Positions 18,331-30,123 are shown, numbered from the stretch's first letter. The stretch is 64,000 nucleotides of DNA from Perkinsela sp. CCAP 1560/9 (GCA_965644495.1 CBFFSA010000007.1:830001-894000), one strand, 5' to 3'. Program-made: numbers and translations. The notes: generated by a model not told the origin, from the sequence alone.

Positions 18331-20508
18331 TCAGGCGTCAGTTTCTTGTGGGCTTATAGTAGCAATCAAAGTACCTTTACTTAAGACGCTGTTTAAAGAG
18401 CAATGATACTTTACTGCACCACTCATTGAGCATTTTGCGCAATGCTCCATTTTCATGGCTTCGATTAGGGCGACTGTACTTCCCGACGTCACATGGGCTC
18501 CTTCGGGGAAACAAAACGCGATAATTTTTCCTTGTATTGTGCTATAAACGCTAGACGACTGCTGAATCGCTTTCTTTTTTCCACTCACAAAACTATTCAC
18601 GGTACTGTACTGAAGCGTTTCGTGCCCCGGAAGAAGGAGTTCCACTATGGGCTTCCCAGCTCCATCATGTGAATTTACGGCTCGAAACCGAATGACTTCT
18701 TTATTGTTTAGTGTTGTGACGTAATGATGTGGAGAGGCACTATTCTCTGCACTATGGTTTCTTTCATATGAGATGCTCATATGCATTCTCTGAGTGGGAT
18801 CTTCATTAAGGATATTTTGAGTTACAGTATTACATGTAGTCGACTTGTGTGATGAAAATCCATTTTGCCCTTCAGAGACTTCGAAATCCAAAATCAGAGT
18901 AAAATTTTCCACTTTGGGTTGCACAGTGTATTGGATAGAAAACGTTTCCTTGGTACGAGACGTCAAAATGAGTCTGGAGGTGTAATTTTGGTTTAAACGA
19001 AAAAAAGCGAATGGTGATGGATTACAATCGTTTCCCAACCACGAATCGTAAACTAAAACTGCCGCAGCCAACAAAGGAGCCACTTTTGGTGGCATGTCCC
19101 TGAGCAGTGCTTCGAGGTTCGCTTCTAAAAACCGTGTAGTTATACTGTTTTTCTGAACCGCGTCATGACGTAGAAGATTACCCAGCAAGTTAATATTCGT
19201 TGGAAATCCAGTAACGTGAAATTGTCGCATTGCATTTTGAAGAGCGTTCAGGGCGGAGCTCCTCTCTTTCCCTGAAGCAATCACTTTGGCAATTAAAGAG
19301 TCAAAATGCATCGATATTGTATCACCGCTTCTAAATCCGCAATCGATACGAACGTTTGTCCCCGGTTCTTCGACAATTTCGCTTGCTGGTGTCAAATAAC
19401 TGATAACACCATTGGAAGGCGCAAACTCTTGATCCGGTGCCTCAGCACACAATCGCGCTTCGATGGCATGACCGACCACTTCAACGTCGTCCTGAGAAAA
19501 CGGCAAGGGTTTACCCGCGGCAATCTCCAGCTGCAGCTCCACGAGATCTACACTTTCTCCACACGCCCGGATGATGGCCTCCGTGACCGGATGCTCCACT
19601 TGCAGTCTTGTGTTTACCTCCAAAAAGAAATACTGCCGAATGTCGGGGTCATACATAAACTCCACCGTTCCCGCACCCTCATATTCCGCGAGATGCACAA
19701 TTTGAACCGCCGTGCTTGTCATCGCCTCCCTTATCTCCCTCGGCACGCCTGCTGGAGCTTCTTCCACAATTTTCTGATATCTTCTTTGCAAGCTACAATC
19801 TCGGGTTCCCAAATGCACCGCCTTACCCTTACCATCCCGTACCACCTGTACCTCCACATGCCGAGCGTTCGTAAAGAAACGTTCGAGCAAAACTTTGTCA
19901 TCTCCAAAGCTGCGCATGGCGTCTCGACGAGAGGCTTGTAATTTTTCAGAAAAACTCTCGGGATTGGGGACAACAACCATCCCCCTCCCCCCTCCGCCCG
20001 CTACGGCCTTAATCAACAAAGGATAGCCCAGTTTTTTAGCCTGGCTCTTCAGCGTGCTCTCGGTCTGATCCTCTCCACTGTAGCCCTGAATCACCGGAAT
20101 GTTATTTTTCAACATTAGTTTTTTACTTTCACTTTTATTTCCGAGGAGTCGAATGACCGCACCAGAGGGACCGACAAAGGTGAGCGCATGTTTTGACAAG
20201 AGATCCGCGAAATCCGCATTCTCACTTAGAAACCCGTAGCCCGGGTGAATCGTATCGGCCCCGGATTGTTGAGCCACACTTAATATTTTTTGTGCATTTA
20301 AGAAAGTGTTGGCAGCAGGGGGAGGACCAAGGGAGTAAGCTTCGTGGGCCATAGAAACGTGAAGTGCAGAGGCCTCGGTTTCGTCAAAAACAGCAACCGT
20401 TCGTAGCCCGATGCGACGGGCCGTGCGGAGGATACGACAGGCAATTTCGCCGCGGTTCGACACCAGGAGTTTGGAGAGGTGAAGACAGCCGGTGCAAGGG
20501 GAAAACAT
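18331..20508 (-). CDS. Biotin carboxylase/BCCP subunit, probably 3-methylcrotonyl-CoA carboxylase alpha
   Basis: NRGEIACR, HPGYGFLSENA, GGGGRGM, RDCSLQRRYQK, FLEVNTRLQVEHPVTE and biotinylation motif EAMKM. Confidence 0.88.
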   Translation of the reverse strand: MFSPCTGCLHLSKLLVSNRGEIACRILRTARRIGLRTVAVFDETEASALHVSMAHEAYSLGPPPAANTFLNAQKILSVAQQSGADTIHPGYGFLSENADFADLLSKHALTFVGPSGAVIRLLGNKSESKKLMLKNNIPVIQGYSGEDQTESTLKSQAKKLGYPLLIKAVAGGGGRGMVVVPNPESFSEKLQASRRDAMRSFGDDKVLLERFFTNARHVEVQVVRDGKGKAVHLGTRDCSLQRRYQKIVEEAPAGVPREIREAMTSTAVQIVHLAEYEGAGTVEFMYDPDIRQYFFLEVNTRLQVEHPVTEAIIRACGESVDLVELQLEIAAGKPLPFSQDDVEVVGHAIEARLCAEAPDQEFAPSNGVISYLTPASEIVEEPGTNVRIDCGFRSGDTISMHFDSLIAKVIASGKERSSALNALQNAMRQFHVTGFPTNINLLGNLLRHDAVQKNSITTRFLEANLEALLRDMPPKVAPLLAAAVLVYDSWLGNDCNPSPFAFFRLNQNYTSRLILTSRTKETFSIQYTVQPKVENFTLILDFEVSEGQNGFSSHKSTTCNTVTQNILNEDPTQRMHMSISYERNHSAENSASPHHYVTTLNNKEVIRFRAVNSHDGAGKPIVELLLPGHETLQYSTVNSFVSGKKKAIQQSSSVYSTIQGKIIAFCFPEGAHVTSGSTVALIEAMKMEHCAKCSMSGAVKYHCSLNSVLSKGTLIATISPQETDA

Positions 20509-20857
20509 GAGGGTGATTAGTGTGGCATTATGATATTTTTCTCCAATTTAACAAGCACTTCGAGAGTAAGACTAGAGATTAGGGGAATGGAGGGCGCACG
20601 ATATTCCAATTATAAAATGAGTATAGATTTTAAATATTGATATCCCAAATTTCATTCTTGCTTACCATGCATGCATTCATTTTAAATATTAGAACAATTT
20701 ATTTTTCGTCTATCTGTTTAATATTCTCCAAATGCACTCCGATTCTTGTGTCTATTTCTGCATGTAGGATCCATCTTGCTGAGGGGGGGTCAAGAATGAT
20801 CAACTGTTATCAAAGATTGCTAATCATCAGCAAGCAGGAATTTGTGTGAGTAGCACC

Positions 20858-22387
20858 TCATTTCTTAGACAAGTACCTGCTTTGTAAATGATCTTGAAAA
20901 TGTTTCGGGTTTAGATCTTCTCCCGTGGATTCCACTAGTATTTGTGAAACACTCTTCAAAGACGCCTTTTTCCACACGTTCTCATCTAAAAATTCGAAAA
21001 TAAAATCGAACTCGCCATTTCCCACAAGCCGATCAAACGCCTTATGTTTACGACGAAGGGCAACCGCAAACTGTGCAGCATACATGGCGCCCAAGCTGTA
21101 GGTGGGAAAATAACCAAAAGCCCCCGTGGACCAGTGAATATCTTGCATGCACCCATCCTTGTAATTTCCTGTGGTGTCGACGCCCAAGTACGACATCATC
21201 TTTTCCTGCCAAAGGTCTGGGATGGCTTCGGGCTCAATTTCTCGGTTAATCAAAGCTCTCTCAATTTCGTAGCGCAGAATAATATGCATCGGGTATGTTA
21301 GCTCATCGGCATCCACGCGAATGAACCCAGGACGTACCTCTGTCGACAAACGTTGTAGGTTTTCGGGGGTAAAAACAAGATCATTCTTTTCCTTCAATGG
21401 ATTCACACCGAAGTATTTCGCGATCATGGGTTGTATGGCACGTAGGAAGGCCAGGGATCGGCCTAGCTGCATCTCCATAAAAAGCGACTGACTCTCGTGC
21501 ATCCCCATTGAACGTGCGCGTCCTGCAGGTTGAGTGCTCCACTCGTGAGGCAAATGCTGTTCGTACTTTGCGTGCCCGGTTTCGTGAATCACTCCCATAA
21601 GACTTTGAAATGCGAGCTCAGGATCCTCTCCGTATCGCGTGGTGATGCGCACATCGTCCGTGACACCGCCGCAAAAGGGGTGAGTGCTGACATCCAGTCG
21701 TCCAGCATCGCAATCAAATTTTAACACCTCCATTGCTTCTTTTCCCAACGCTTTCTGATTCTCGATCGGAATACGTCCCGCTACTCTGTGAATCGTAGCC
21801 TCCTTTTGCTGCGCCACAACTGTGCGAATGAGCTCTGGAAGCTATGACTTTAGGGAACCAAACGCTTCAGAAATTTTCTCCGAAGTCATCTCGGGCTCGT
21901 ACTTATCCAACAGCGCATCATAGGGTGTGGAAAACCCATACGAACGCTGCAGCAACTCTGCCTCCTGCCGTGCCAGAGAGACGACCTCAGAAAAATTTTC
22001 TAAAAAACCCTTCCAGTTATTTGCCCCCCGTTGGGTTCGCCATCCATGTTCACACTTATCATTGGCCATGGAGATACGCCGGACTAAATCCGCCGGGAGG
22101 GCATTGGCCGCACGCCACTGTCGTCTCATTTCACAGAGATTGGCTTTTTCGTTGGGCTCTAACGCACTCCCCGATGCTGCTGCGGTTTCTATCCACCCTT
22201 CAAGCTTTGTATCGGTGATAAGATCATGCGAATGGGATCGCAGCTCGGCAAGACACGCGGCTCGGCTCTCGACCCCTTTGTTGGAGACATTGACGCTAAA
22301 GTCCCAAGAGAGGATGGCGTCGGCATGGGCGTAGCGATGGAGTCGAGTGAAGACAGAGACGAGCTCCTTGTAGGCGGCGCGGGACAT
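20858..22387 (-). pseudogene. M32 metallocarboxypeptidase interrupted by one in-frame TAG (pseudogene, allele, error or recoded)
   Basis: ORFs 21842-22387 and 20858-21817 share a frame and join as LKS*LPELIRTVVAQQ. HPF, DVRITTR, HETGH, HESQS, IRVDADE, GCMQDIHW and YFPTY are all intact. Confidence 0.85.
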
Positions 22388-22731
22388 GGGGGAAAAGGAG
22401 GAGGTGCGAGGGGGGGAGGGGAAACAGTTTCTAAGGACAAGAAAGAAATAAAGGGTCGGGTGTAGCTAAAATAGGTAGGATAAAGGTAACCGCCATGACG
22501 TGTTCCACGTGCTTTTCTCCTTTTTTCTTCGCCTCTATCTACCGTAAAGGAGAATATAAAACATTTATAAACAGTGGACATTAGAATAAGGCTACATATT
22601 GTTAAAGAACTCAAGTATCAGATGATGTAATCCTGTTCGCATTGCAAAATACAATATGTAAGATTGTAAAAGGACTGTAGGCGCTGCAGGGACGTCTCAT
22701 GTGTACAAGGGTTATGTAAGAGCGATTCGAT

Positions 22732-23052
22732 TCACTCACCTTGCACAAGCTCCACGAGCTTACCGTTCTGTTTTAACTGCAGTAAAGCGTCGTATCCTCC
22801 AACATATTTCTGGTTAATGAAGATTTGAGGAACCGTGTTCGATCCCGTTCGACTATACGCGGATCGGAAGACTTCTCGCCCATTGGGAATAATATCGATT
22901 TCTAGTGAGACAAAGCGCTGGCCAACTTCAACAAGGACGGACTTGGCTTGAACACAGTAACTGCAATAAGTAGCGCTGATTACCACTACCTTGTTCTGTC
23001 GGAGCATTGTATTTAAAAATTCCGAGGCTTTGTCCGGATTAAGTTCGCTCAT
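22732..23052 (-). CDS. Dithiol glutaredoxin
   Basis: CSYC active site, TVPQIFI, GGYD. Confidence 0.92.
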   Translation of the reverse strand: MSELNPDKASEFLNTMLRQNKVVVISATYCSYCVQAKSVLVEVGQRFVSLEIDIIPNGREVFRSAYSRTGSNTVPQIFINQKYVGGYDALLQLKQNGKLVELVQGE

Positions 23053-23206
23053 GGGCTGACTCTGTGTTTCAGTGTGATGTTATTTGAATAGACGTAAAAA
23101 CAGAAGAAAATGTAACAGTACTTTAGTACCATAATAAAGGGTTATCATGCTTTGCCAAAACATTAATCTGAAAATCTATACTTCTGGAGACTTTACAAAG
23201 ATTGGT

Positions 23207-23818
23207 TTACTTCGAGTCTTCTTCTTTAGCTTTGGGGAGATACGCCATAAGATAAGGATAACGTTTAGAAAACTCATCAACCCCTCCTCGGTAGTGCCTA
23301 ACATTGTAATATCCAAGAAAACGGAGAATAGAGAACGCTGTGGTGGAACGCGCACCGAACTGACAGTAGCACACAATCTCCGTGTGCTTTTGAGGCCTCG
23401 TAAAGCCATACCTCTTCATAAAAGGAATTTCCAAAGTTTGTATTCCGTAATAAAGTTCATCAATCGGTAATAAATTGGATCCTACTATCAAGCCCGTCCG
23501 TTCGGCTTCAAAAATCGAGCGAACATCAAGCAGGAGAGGTGGATCTTTTTCTATTACCTCGGTATCGGTTAACGAAAATTGTTTCTTTTTTTCTGGGACC
23601 AATACGTCGGACATAATCCTGGTCGATCCGGACTCCTCACTTCTGACTGTATCACCGGAAGTTTCTTTGTACATGCTCAATATCTTGTCTCGAAGCTCGG
23701 ATGCACTTATTTCACTTCTTTGGTTTGTAGAACTGGACGTAAATGCTCTACGTGACGCACATTGAAAATATCTAGACTTTCTCTGAATATGGAGAACACT
23801 CCTAACTTGTAAAAGCAT
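23207..23818 (-). CDS. Single-domain rhodanese/sulfurtransferase, probably mitochondrial
   Basis: LLDVR...E...G.I.GS, YCQFGARS, YRGG and an Arg/Ser-rich presequence. Confidence 0.88.
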   Translation of the reverse strand: MLLQVRSVLHIQRKSRYFQCASRRAFTSSSTNQRSEISASELRDKILSMYKETSGDTVRSEESGSTRIMSDVLVPEKKKQFSLTDTEVIEKDPPLLLDVRSIFEAERTGLIVGSNLLPIDELYYGIQTLEIPFMKRYGFTRPQKHTEIVCYCQFGARSTTAFSILRFLGYYNVRHYRGGVDEFSKRYPYLMAYLPKAKEEDSK

Positions 23819-24098
23819 TCTGTAGAAACGGAATGATGGTCAATGCGAACTTCCACGTTGAAGAAATCTAATAAACCGCATTTCCGGAGGCTTCCTTCAT
23901 GAAAAGTGTTTGAACGAAAACGTTAAATGAAACTTAATAAAAACTCTGGTGAGTCACAGAAGTCGAACAAAGCTGAAATGAAACAATCGAGAAACGAACC
24001 GAAGTAAAATAATAAAAGATTCATGAATCCGACACATCAAAGTAATCAATAGTCTCGTTCGCTCAAGCGTTACAGTACGTGCTTCGTAAGAAAGTAGC

Positions 24099-24386
24099 TT
24101 ATTTGTTCGACAATGCACCCGGAGGTAATCCCATATGGGCCTCTTGCTCCCGTCGCTCCCTGGATTCTCCAAGGAAGGTATACACTTCAAAGAAACGATC
24201 AACACATCGCTTCTGGCATTGAAGCTGAGATGGTGTGGGCTCCTGAAACTCACCCTGGGAGAGTATATTGCCATCCATCGAACTGTCGTAGCAAGTTCTC
24301 CAACACAGGCCAATGGAGTGTGATGCTAAGTCGACCATTACACCTTGGTCCATTCCCTGGTGAAGCGCGAATTGCTGAGCATTCAT
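24099..24386 (-). CDS. Small Tim chaperone (Tim8/13-like)
   Basis: Twin CX3C motifs CWRTC and CQKRC followed by VDRF; 95 aa. Confidence 0.85.
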   Translation of the reverse strand: MNAQQFALHQGMDQGVMVDLASHSIGLCWRTCYDSSMDGNILSQGEFQEPTPSQLQCQKRCVDRFFEVYTFLGESRERREQEAHMGLPPGALSNK

Positions 24387-24602
24387 GTTCGTGGAAAAAA
24401 TGATAAATAAAGTTGGCGATGCATATTGTTTTGTACGATATTTCTCATATTGAATGCCTTAAAGGTTGTAAAAAATGTTGTTAAAAATGTATAGGATTGC
24501 GTTAGCATTGTGCACTGCAGTGCATAAAACAAATCATTTGGCTCTTAGCCGTGTCATTAGCTTATAAACTTTAAGTAACAATCGAAATCGCATGAATGGC
24601 TC

Positions 24603-27242
24603 TTATGTTCCCCACCGCTTGGCGTTAAATACAGTAACACCCGTAAACTCTTCTTCCGGCGTCGAACATAAAATGGCCACACCTCGTACATTTCGTTTCT
24701 CATGTGACCCGTTCATTATTCTATTGCTGACTCTCGTGAAAGGAAAAGCTAGTCGAGCTTTTTGAATAGTATATATTTTTAATTCTGCTTCTTCAAAGTG
24801 AGTTTCTGCTGCAGCATCGCCACTGTCTTCTGTGGCAGAAGGGCATTCGTCCGTCTTAGTTTGAAACCCGTGCCAGTGCGCATCGACACATGCTGTGTAT
24901 TTCTGTCCAAGCGCAATTTTCGCAAAACCGTCCGGCCCGTATGCAAAAATGTTCGGCAATGAGCGGGAAAAAACCTCCGCAAAGAGTTCACCTTTTCCCG
25001 GCTTAAGAATACTAACTTCGGGAGAAAGTATTACGGCTCGTATTCCCGAACAAGCACTCCTCTTTCCATTTTCTTGACGCAAACGGGTAGAATACACCAA
25101 TTGACCCATCGACGGGGAGCACAGTGAAATAAAGTTTAATTGTTGGTCACGCGAAAGGGTAACAATACCGGCAAGTTTTGAAGCGCATGCTTCTTGATCT
25201 TTTAACGAATTCGAATCAGGGTCAGCAGGTTCAGAAAACGGAACTAAAACAACATCTACGATCGCACTACTCTCAAAACAATCCACGGAATCCCTATCCC
25301 CCATCCGAATCCTTCCCGGAATTGCGGAGTACACCACCGTCCTCGTCCCCGCATCCCACACAAAAACACAACTATTCCTATCTGTGATCGCGACCATGTT
25401 TTCAAAACAAACCACGCGCGACACACACTGGCTGCAGGTGAGAACGGCGAATACCTCCCCGTTGGACGGCTCCACTCCCCACACCTTACCATCCGCACAC
25501 CCGACGATCAGCACCCACTCTTGTGAGCCCACTGAGGCAAACCCCATTGTCGTGATCCCGCACACATTTCGGGAAATTCCTCTACTGGTGCCAAACCCCT
25601 CCGGAGCCGTAATCGATACGTTTGAGGCCGAGGCCTCATACACACGTATCACCCCCAGGGAGATATCCGTAGCATACGACCCCCAGGTTGCGTCACCCGA
25701 CAACGCTACACATCGCACATTTCCAGGAAGCGCTTTTGTCGAAAACTGGGCTAACGTACGCACTCGTGTCGAAGACGTAAGCTGCCACAGAAACAGTCCC
25801 GCTTTTCCAATCCCCAACACCAAAGGACGACAACCCTCAGAAGAACCATACCCAACCGCATACCCTTGACCGGGGTGAACCGCAATCTCATGTTTCACCA
25901 CATTCCCCCTCATCTCCAGCCAGCTACGCCCAAACATCTCACGAAACCCCTCCTCACGGTTCGTCACAAAAAGCTCTCCATCTAAACCGGCAGAAATCAC
26001 ACAAAAAGAACCAGAAGCGGAACCAGCAGAACCACCAGAACCCGCCCTACTCGTCACACAGGTCACATCATTCCAATGGACCCTTCGGGTGCGTCGTCCC
26101 ACCCGCCACCCCTTCCCCCCCTCCCCCTCAGCCTCCAGCGTCACCACATCCCGTGCCACCCCGACCCCCACCACGGTCGTGTCCCCCACGAAGGCGACAC
26201 TCAGCATTGCAGCCCTCGAGAGGTGAAAGCTGTGGGAGACGAACCCCCCGGCGGTGTCACACACAAAGAGGTCCCCGGTGTGGGTGCCGGCCACCGCGAC
26301 GGAGGGGTGGGAGGGGTGGGAGGCCAGGCAGAGGACAGAGGGGACCGTAGGGGGCGTAGTGTGGCCGGCTGCTGCTTTTTGTCCTGCCACACGGAGCAGG
26401 ATGCTTTTTGAGGGACGGATGACAAGGGAGGAAGCACGGCCGATTCGTGTGGTGTTGGTTGTTGTTGCTGTGTTGGTTGTTGTTGCTGTGTTGGTTAACG
26501 ACAACGATGCATCTTTTTTTGTGGTCTCGATAAACCGCAGGGTATCAAACACTTGTACACAGCCGTAGTTGTCCCCGAGGAGGAAGGTGGCCCCGTGGGG
26601 GGAGGGGGCGACACAGAGTGCGGCGGTGGCGCTGGGGTGCTTGGTGCCGACCCCGCGGAGGGTGAAGTGTTGGGAGGGGTCGAATACCCGAGTGGTGCCG
26701 TCCTCACAGGCGGTGAGGAGGTAATGGGGGAGGGAGGGGGGAGGGGAGGTTGTGGGGTTGTGGGGAGAAGCATGATTTTGTTGTGGGGGTTGAAAGGTAA
26801 GGGTTGTGGCATGAAAGAAGCCGCCTCCAGAAGGGGGGGTGAGGACTTCTTTTAAAACTAGAGAGCGTGCATCGTAGATGAGGAACTGGCCGGAGAGAGT
26901 GGCAGCGACCAGAGATTCCATTAGCATTGATGCAGAGGCGGTCTCATCTTCCACCATCTCCTGTACACTTTGCGTCGTGGGAGAGGAGACGCACCAGAGA
27001 AGGGACCGGATGGTAACGGATTTCAGACCGCTGGCTTGGACGGCAGGGCGGAAAGGGGTGTAGTTTTTGGCGGTTTTGTCGGATTCGTACTCGACAAGCC
27101 TAGATGTGTCCGCCGTTCGTGTCCATATTTCAATACCCCCGTCATCTCGAACCAGTGCAAGTCGTAGACCGGAGTGGTCGAGGGAAAGAGTGGTTATCCC
27201 AACGGGTGGACGGTGTACCGGTAACTGGCGAATAGATATCAT
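24603..27242 (-). CDS. UTP4: WD40 SSU processome subunit, UTP4/cirhin-like
   Basis: N-terminal ITTLSL...RLALVRDDGGIEIW, then LTACEDG, HWNDVTCV and ISAGLDG; double beta-propeller length. Confidence 0.7.
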   Translation of the reverse strand: MISIRQLPVHRPPVGITTLSLDHSGLRLALVRDDGGIEIWTRTADTSRLVEYESDKTAKNYTPFRPAVQASGLKSVTIRSLLWCVSSPTTQSVQEMVEDETASASMLMESLVAATLSGQFLIYDARSLVLKEVLTPPSGGGFFHATTLTFQPPQQNHASPHNPTTSPPPSLPHYLLTACEDGTTRVFDPSQHFTLRGVGTKHPSATAALCVAPSPHGATFLLGDNYGCVQVFDTLRFIETTKKDASLSLTNTATTTNTATTTNTTRIGRASSLVIRPSKSILLRVAGQKAAAGHTTPPTVPSVLCLASHPSHPSVAVAGTHTGDLFVCDTAGGFVSHSFHLSRAAMLSVAFVGDTTVVGVGVARDVVTLEAEGEGGKGWRVGRRTRRVHWNDVTCVTSRAGSGGSAGSASGSFCVISAGLDGELFVTNREEGFREMFGRSWLEMRGNVVKHEIAVHPGQGYAVGYGSSEGCRPLVLGIGKAGLFLWQLTSSTRVRTLAQFSTKALPGNVRCVALSGDATWGSYATDISLGVIRVYEASASNVSITAPEGFGTSRGISRNVCGITTMGFASVGSQEWVLIVGCADGKVWGVEPSNGEVFAVLTCSQCVSRVVCFENMVAITDRNSCVFVWDAGTRTVVYSAIPGRIRMGDRDSVDCFESSAIVDVVLVPFSEPADPDSNSLKDQEACASKLAGIVTLSRDQQLNFISLCSPSMGQLVYSTRLRQENGKRSACSGIRAVILSPEVSILKPGKGELFAEVFSRSLPNIFAYGPDGFAKIALGQKYTACVDAHWHGFQTKTDECPSATEDSGDAAAETHFEEAELKIYTIQKARLAFPFTRVSNRIMNGSHEKRNVRGVAILCSTPEEEFTGVTVFNAKRWGT

Positions 27243-27724
27243 GAAGTCGAAAATTATTCAAAGAATTCTTTTGTCATTTCCTTTTAAAAAAGCATTACAT
27301 AAAAACATTTATGGTCCCTGAGAAATATTGTTCAAATTACATCGTACTATACAACACCAATAATTTGTAGTATAGTATATTATTCGAATCAACAAACTCA
27401 AGTTTGATGGCAAGTATGAAATAATAGCTCTGCTGACTCTGCTAATTCGGCATATTCCACAGCTGCGGATTTTTTCAACACCACTTATGACGTGCTGTGA
27501 CGAATTCGCAAGCAAAAAACGAAAGTGACAATTATCATGCAGTGTGTTTCTGAACACAAAAGCAGAGCTTTAGAGCAAAATACCAAGTCGCGCATTGCTC
27601 TAAATTGGAAGAAACTAAATAATAGAAACCAAACTCATAGGGAAAACCTTGGCTTTACAAATAGGTTCAAATAGGTGTTCTCTACTGCTCCACGTACATA
27701 CCAGAACCTACTTTGAGCGGGCTG

Positions 27725-28030
27725 TCAATGTAAAAAAGAAAACAACTCTTGCAAGTAGTAAATCATCTCAATTCGTTGTCTTTGATAATGTTCCTTAAGA
27801 TCAGCAACAACCTTAGCTCTCGCGTGCTGCACAGAAATTTCATTTTTCCGTAAGCTTTCTAGTAATTCCCTTTGCTGCAGAAGTGTAATAAAAGATGCTG
27901 GTTGCATCAGTTCCTCGGAAAATGATTGATATAATTGTTTCAAAGTGTTGAATTCATCCCATTCATTTGTGTGGACGAAATCACTAAATAACAAATCGGG
28001 TGTCTCAGTCTTAATCCTGCGACCGGTCAT
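27725..28030 (-). CDS. Small hypothetical coiled-coil protein
   Basis: 101-aa ATG ORF on the coding strand with natural-looking composition. Confidence 0.5.
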   Translation of the reverse strand: MTGRRIKTETPDLLFSDFVHTNEWDEFNTLKQLYQSFSEELMQPASFITLLQQRELLESLRKNEISVQHARAKVVADLKEHYQRQRIEMIYYLQELFSFLH

Positions 28031-28544
28031 ATCGTATACTTCTGTATATTTAATACTCGTATATGAATGTAGTGTTAAATGTTATTCTACGTTCATTAAA
28101 TGTATCAGCATTCTGTAAATATATTTTTTTGCCGCTTCGTTAAACACTGGGTATTTTCAATTTAGAAGTCACTCATGTTGCTAGCTTCGCGTTCGGGCGG
28201 GCAAATGATTTCCTTTTCTAAAAAATTCGAACTAAAAATTCGAATTATCGAAATCTTTCCGGATTGCTCCGGACGGTCGCTGGTAAACCAGACCCTTCAC
28301 AGACAGATTTCGAAGTTCCGAGGCCTCCTTTACTAGTTTCTGTTTCTCCAAGGCGGCACCAATGTGCTGTTACCAGCACGCTGCGTCGACGAATTGTAAG
28401 TCAACACGGCTTACCCAAGAAGTTTAAAACAAATGTGGTTTCTCGTAGTGTCTCAAATCATCAAAAATACCAGGGGTCTCAAAATATATATTATAAACCC
28501 CCGTTCATATAAACCGTTCATATATAAACCCCCGCTATATAATT

Positions 28545-29476
28545 TATAAACCCCCGCTCACGAATAAGTCACCCCCCTCTTTTTTTTGAACAACGAGGCT
28601 TAGGGGGGTTGCGGCACCACTTTTTCGTTCAAAATTTTGAGATCTGCACGTTCCCGCTGTTTTTAGACCTCTTCACAGATAACAAATTAAAACTCATTTT
28701 TTAATGACGTTTTTACATAGTCATGCCAATATTACCCGAAAAATCTCATGTTCTTCGACCAGGGGGGGAGAAGGGGGTCAACATGAAAATGGTGTCACAG
28801 ATCTTCGCTAGGGGAACGAGATCTCTCGATTGCAACAAAAATGATGAAAAACAGATAACAAACATTCAATTTTTCACGTGGTGGAATATTTGTCTTCGAT
28901 TGGTTCTTTCTTGAAACGGTGATAAATCAACTTTTTTAAGCTGTCCCCTTTACTTTTTGCTTGAAGGGGCCTAAGGGGGTTAAGATATCATTTTCTCGTT
29001 CAAAATTCTGAGATCTATACGTTCCCACCACTTTTAGATCATTTTAGAAACTGAAAAAAAAAATATTTTTAGGTTCTATTTTTTTGTATTGTCATAACAC
29101 ACTAATTTAACAAAACAAACACTCCGCGGCCAGGGGGCACAATTGGGTCAATATTAAAAAATAGCGGCAAAGATCTTTGCTAGGAGAACGAGGTCTCTCG
29201 TTTGCAACAAAAATCAGCAAAAACGGACAAAAATAATTGAATTTCTCATGGGAGGAGAAGATTTATTTTGTTAAAGTGTGAGAAATTGGTCTCTTGAAAA
29301 ATGTGAAGAAAGTGATAATACATCTATCGGATGCACGCATTTGAGAGTCTTGGTTCCATGCTATGGCGCGCAAAGTCTTTGTGTTGGGAACAGTAAAATG
29401 CAACAAAAATGAGCTCAAACGGACGCTTGGCTGAAAAGTTAGAGGGGGGTGACTTTTCGCTGTGGGGGGATTATAT
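28545..29476. mobile_element. Candidate non-autonomous DNA transposon (~930 bp) with imperfect TIRs in a TA-rich context
   Basis: AAGTCACCCCCCTCT (28566-28580) is the exact reverse complement of 29441-29455, and the match extends imperfectly ~20 bp outward to TATA tracts. Internal diverged direct repeat at ~28597-28870 and ~28969-29252; no credible ORF. Confidence 0.6.
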
Positions 29477-29856
29477 ATATATTTGTAGTATTTGAAAAAA
29501 AAAATAGTACTATATAGTACTATACTCCTCTTCTCATTAATTTCTATAAATGCCATTCCTAATTTTTCAGGTTGCGCGGTGGTAGTTTTCAACGGGAAGC
29601 GCGCAGCCTGAGTGACTTCTAAGTTGAAAACAACCACCGCGTTTAACGAAGAGCCTAATTTTTATAGCCCGAAAAGCATTTTTGTCGCAGAGATAGAGAA
29701 ATTGTGCTCCTCTAGTTTGTAGAATACAGATCTCCGGGAGGTCACCTCTCTAACAGCGTTTTCTTCCTTCTCTTCGCCGAAATTGAAAACAACGTACCAA
29801 ATTCGAGGTAGCATCTTGAATAATACAATTTTTATTTATTAGCATAAAGGATTTTT

Positions 29857-30123
29857 TTATTGCTCGGCCAATGAATCCCTTTGCAATCGCTCAGCGCGAA
29901 GCTTCTCCGTGTGCTCTACCATTGTGGGATGAGTCATTCCAACAAATTTTCCTTGTTCGTCGTACACGGGTACAATTTCAGGCTTTTTTAACCGTGGAAA
30001 CGATGTTCTCCGATTCCCTAACATATACATAAGACCACCGAATGTAACTATAACATATAGGGCCGGGAGATGATATCTCAACTTTCTCCAACCCCGCATA
30101 TTTTCGTATTCTTTCAATACCAT
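29857..30123 (-). CDS. Small single-pass membrane protein
   Basis: ATG at 30123 (MVLKEY...); one TM segment LPALYVIVTFGGLMYMLG. Confidence 0.6.
   Translation of the reverse strand: MVLKEYENMRGWRKLRYHLPALYVIVTFGGLMYMLGNRRTSFPRLKKPEIVPVYDEQGKFVGMTHPTMVEHTEKLRAERLQRDSLAEQ

Noticed and set aside
21842-21844. Genome-wide stop-codon reassignment as in Blastocrithidia
   Set aside because: Long genes have no internal stops, and TAG, TGA and TAA all terminate genes at expected C-termini.
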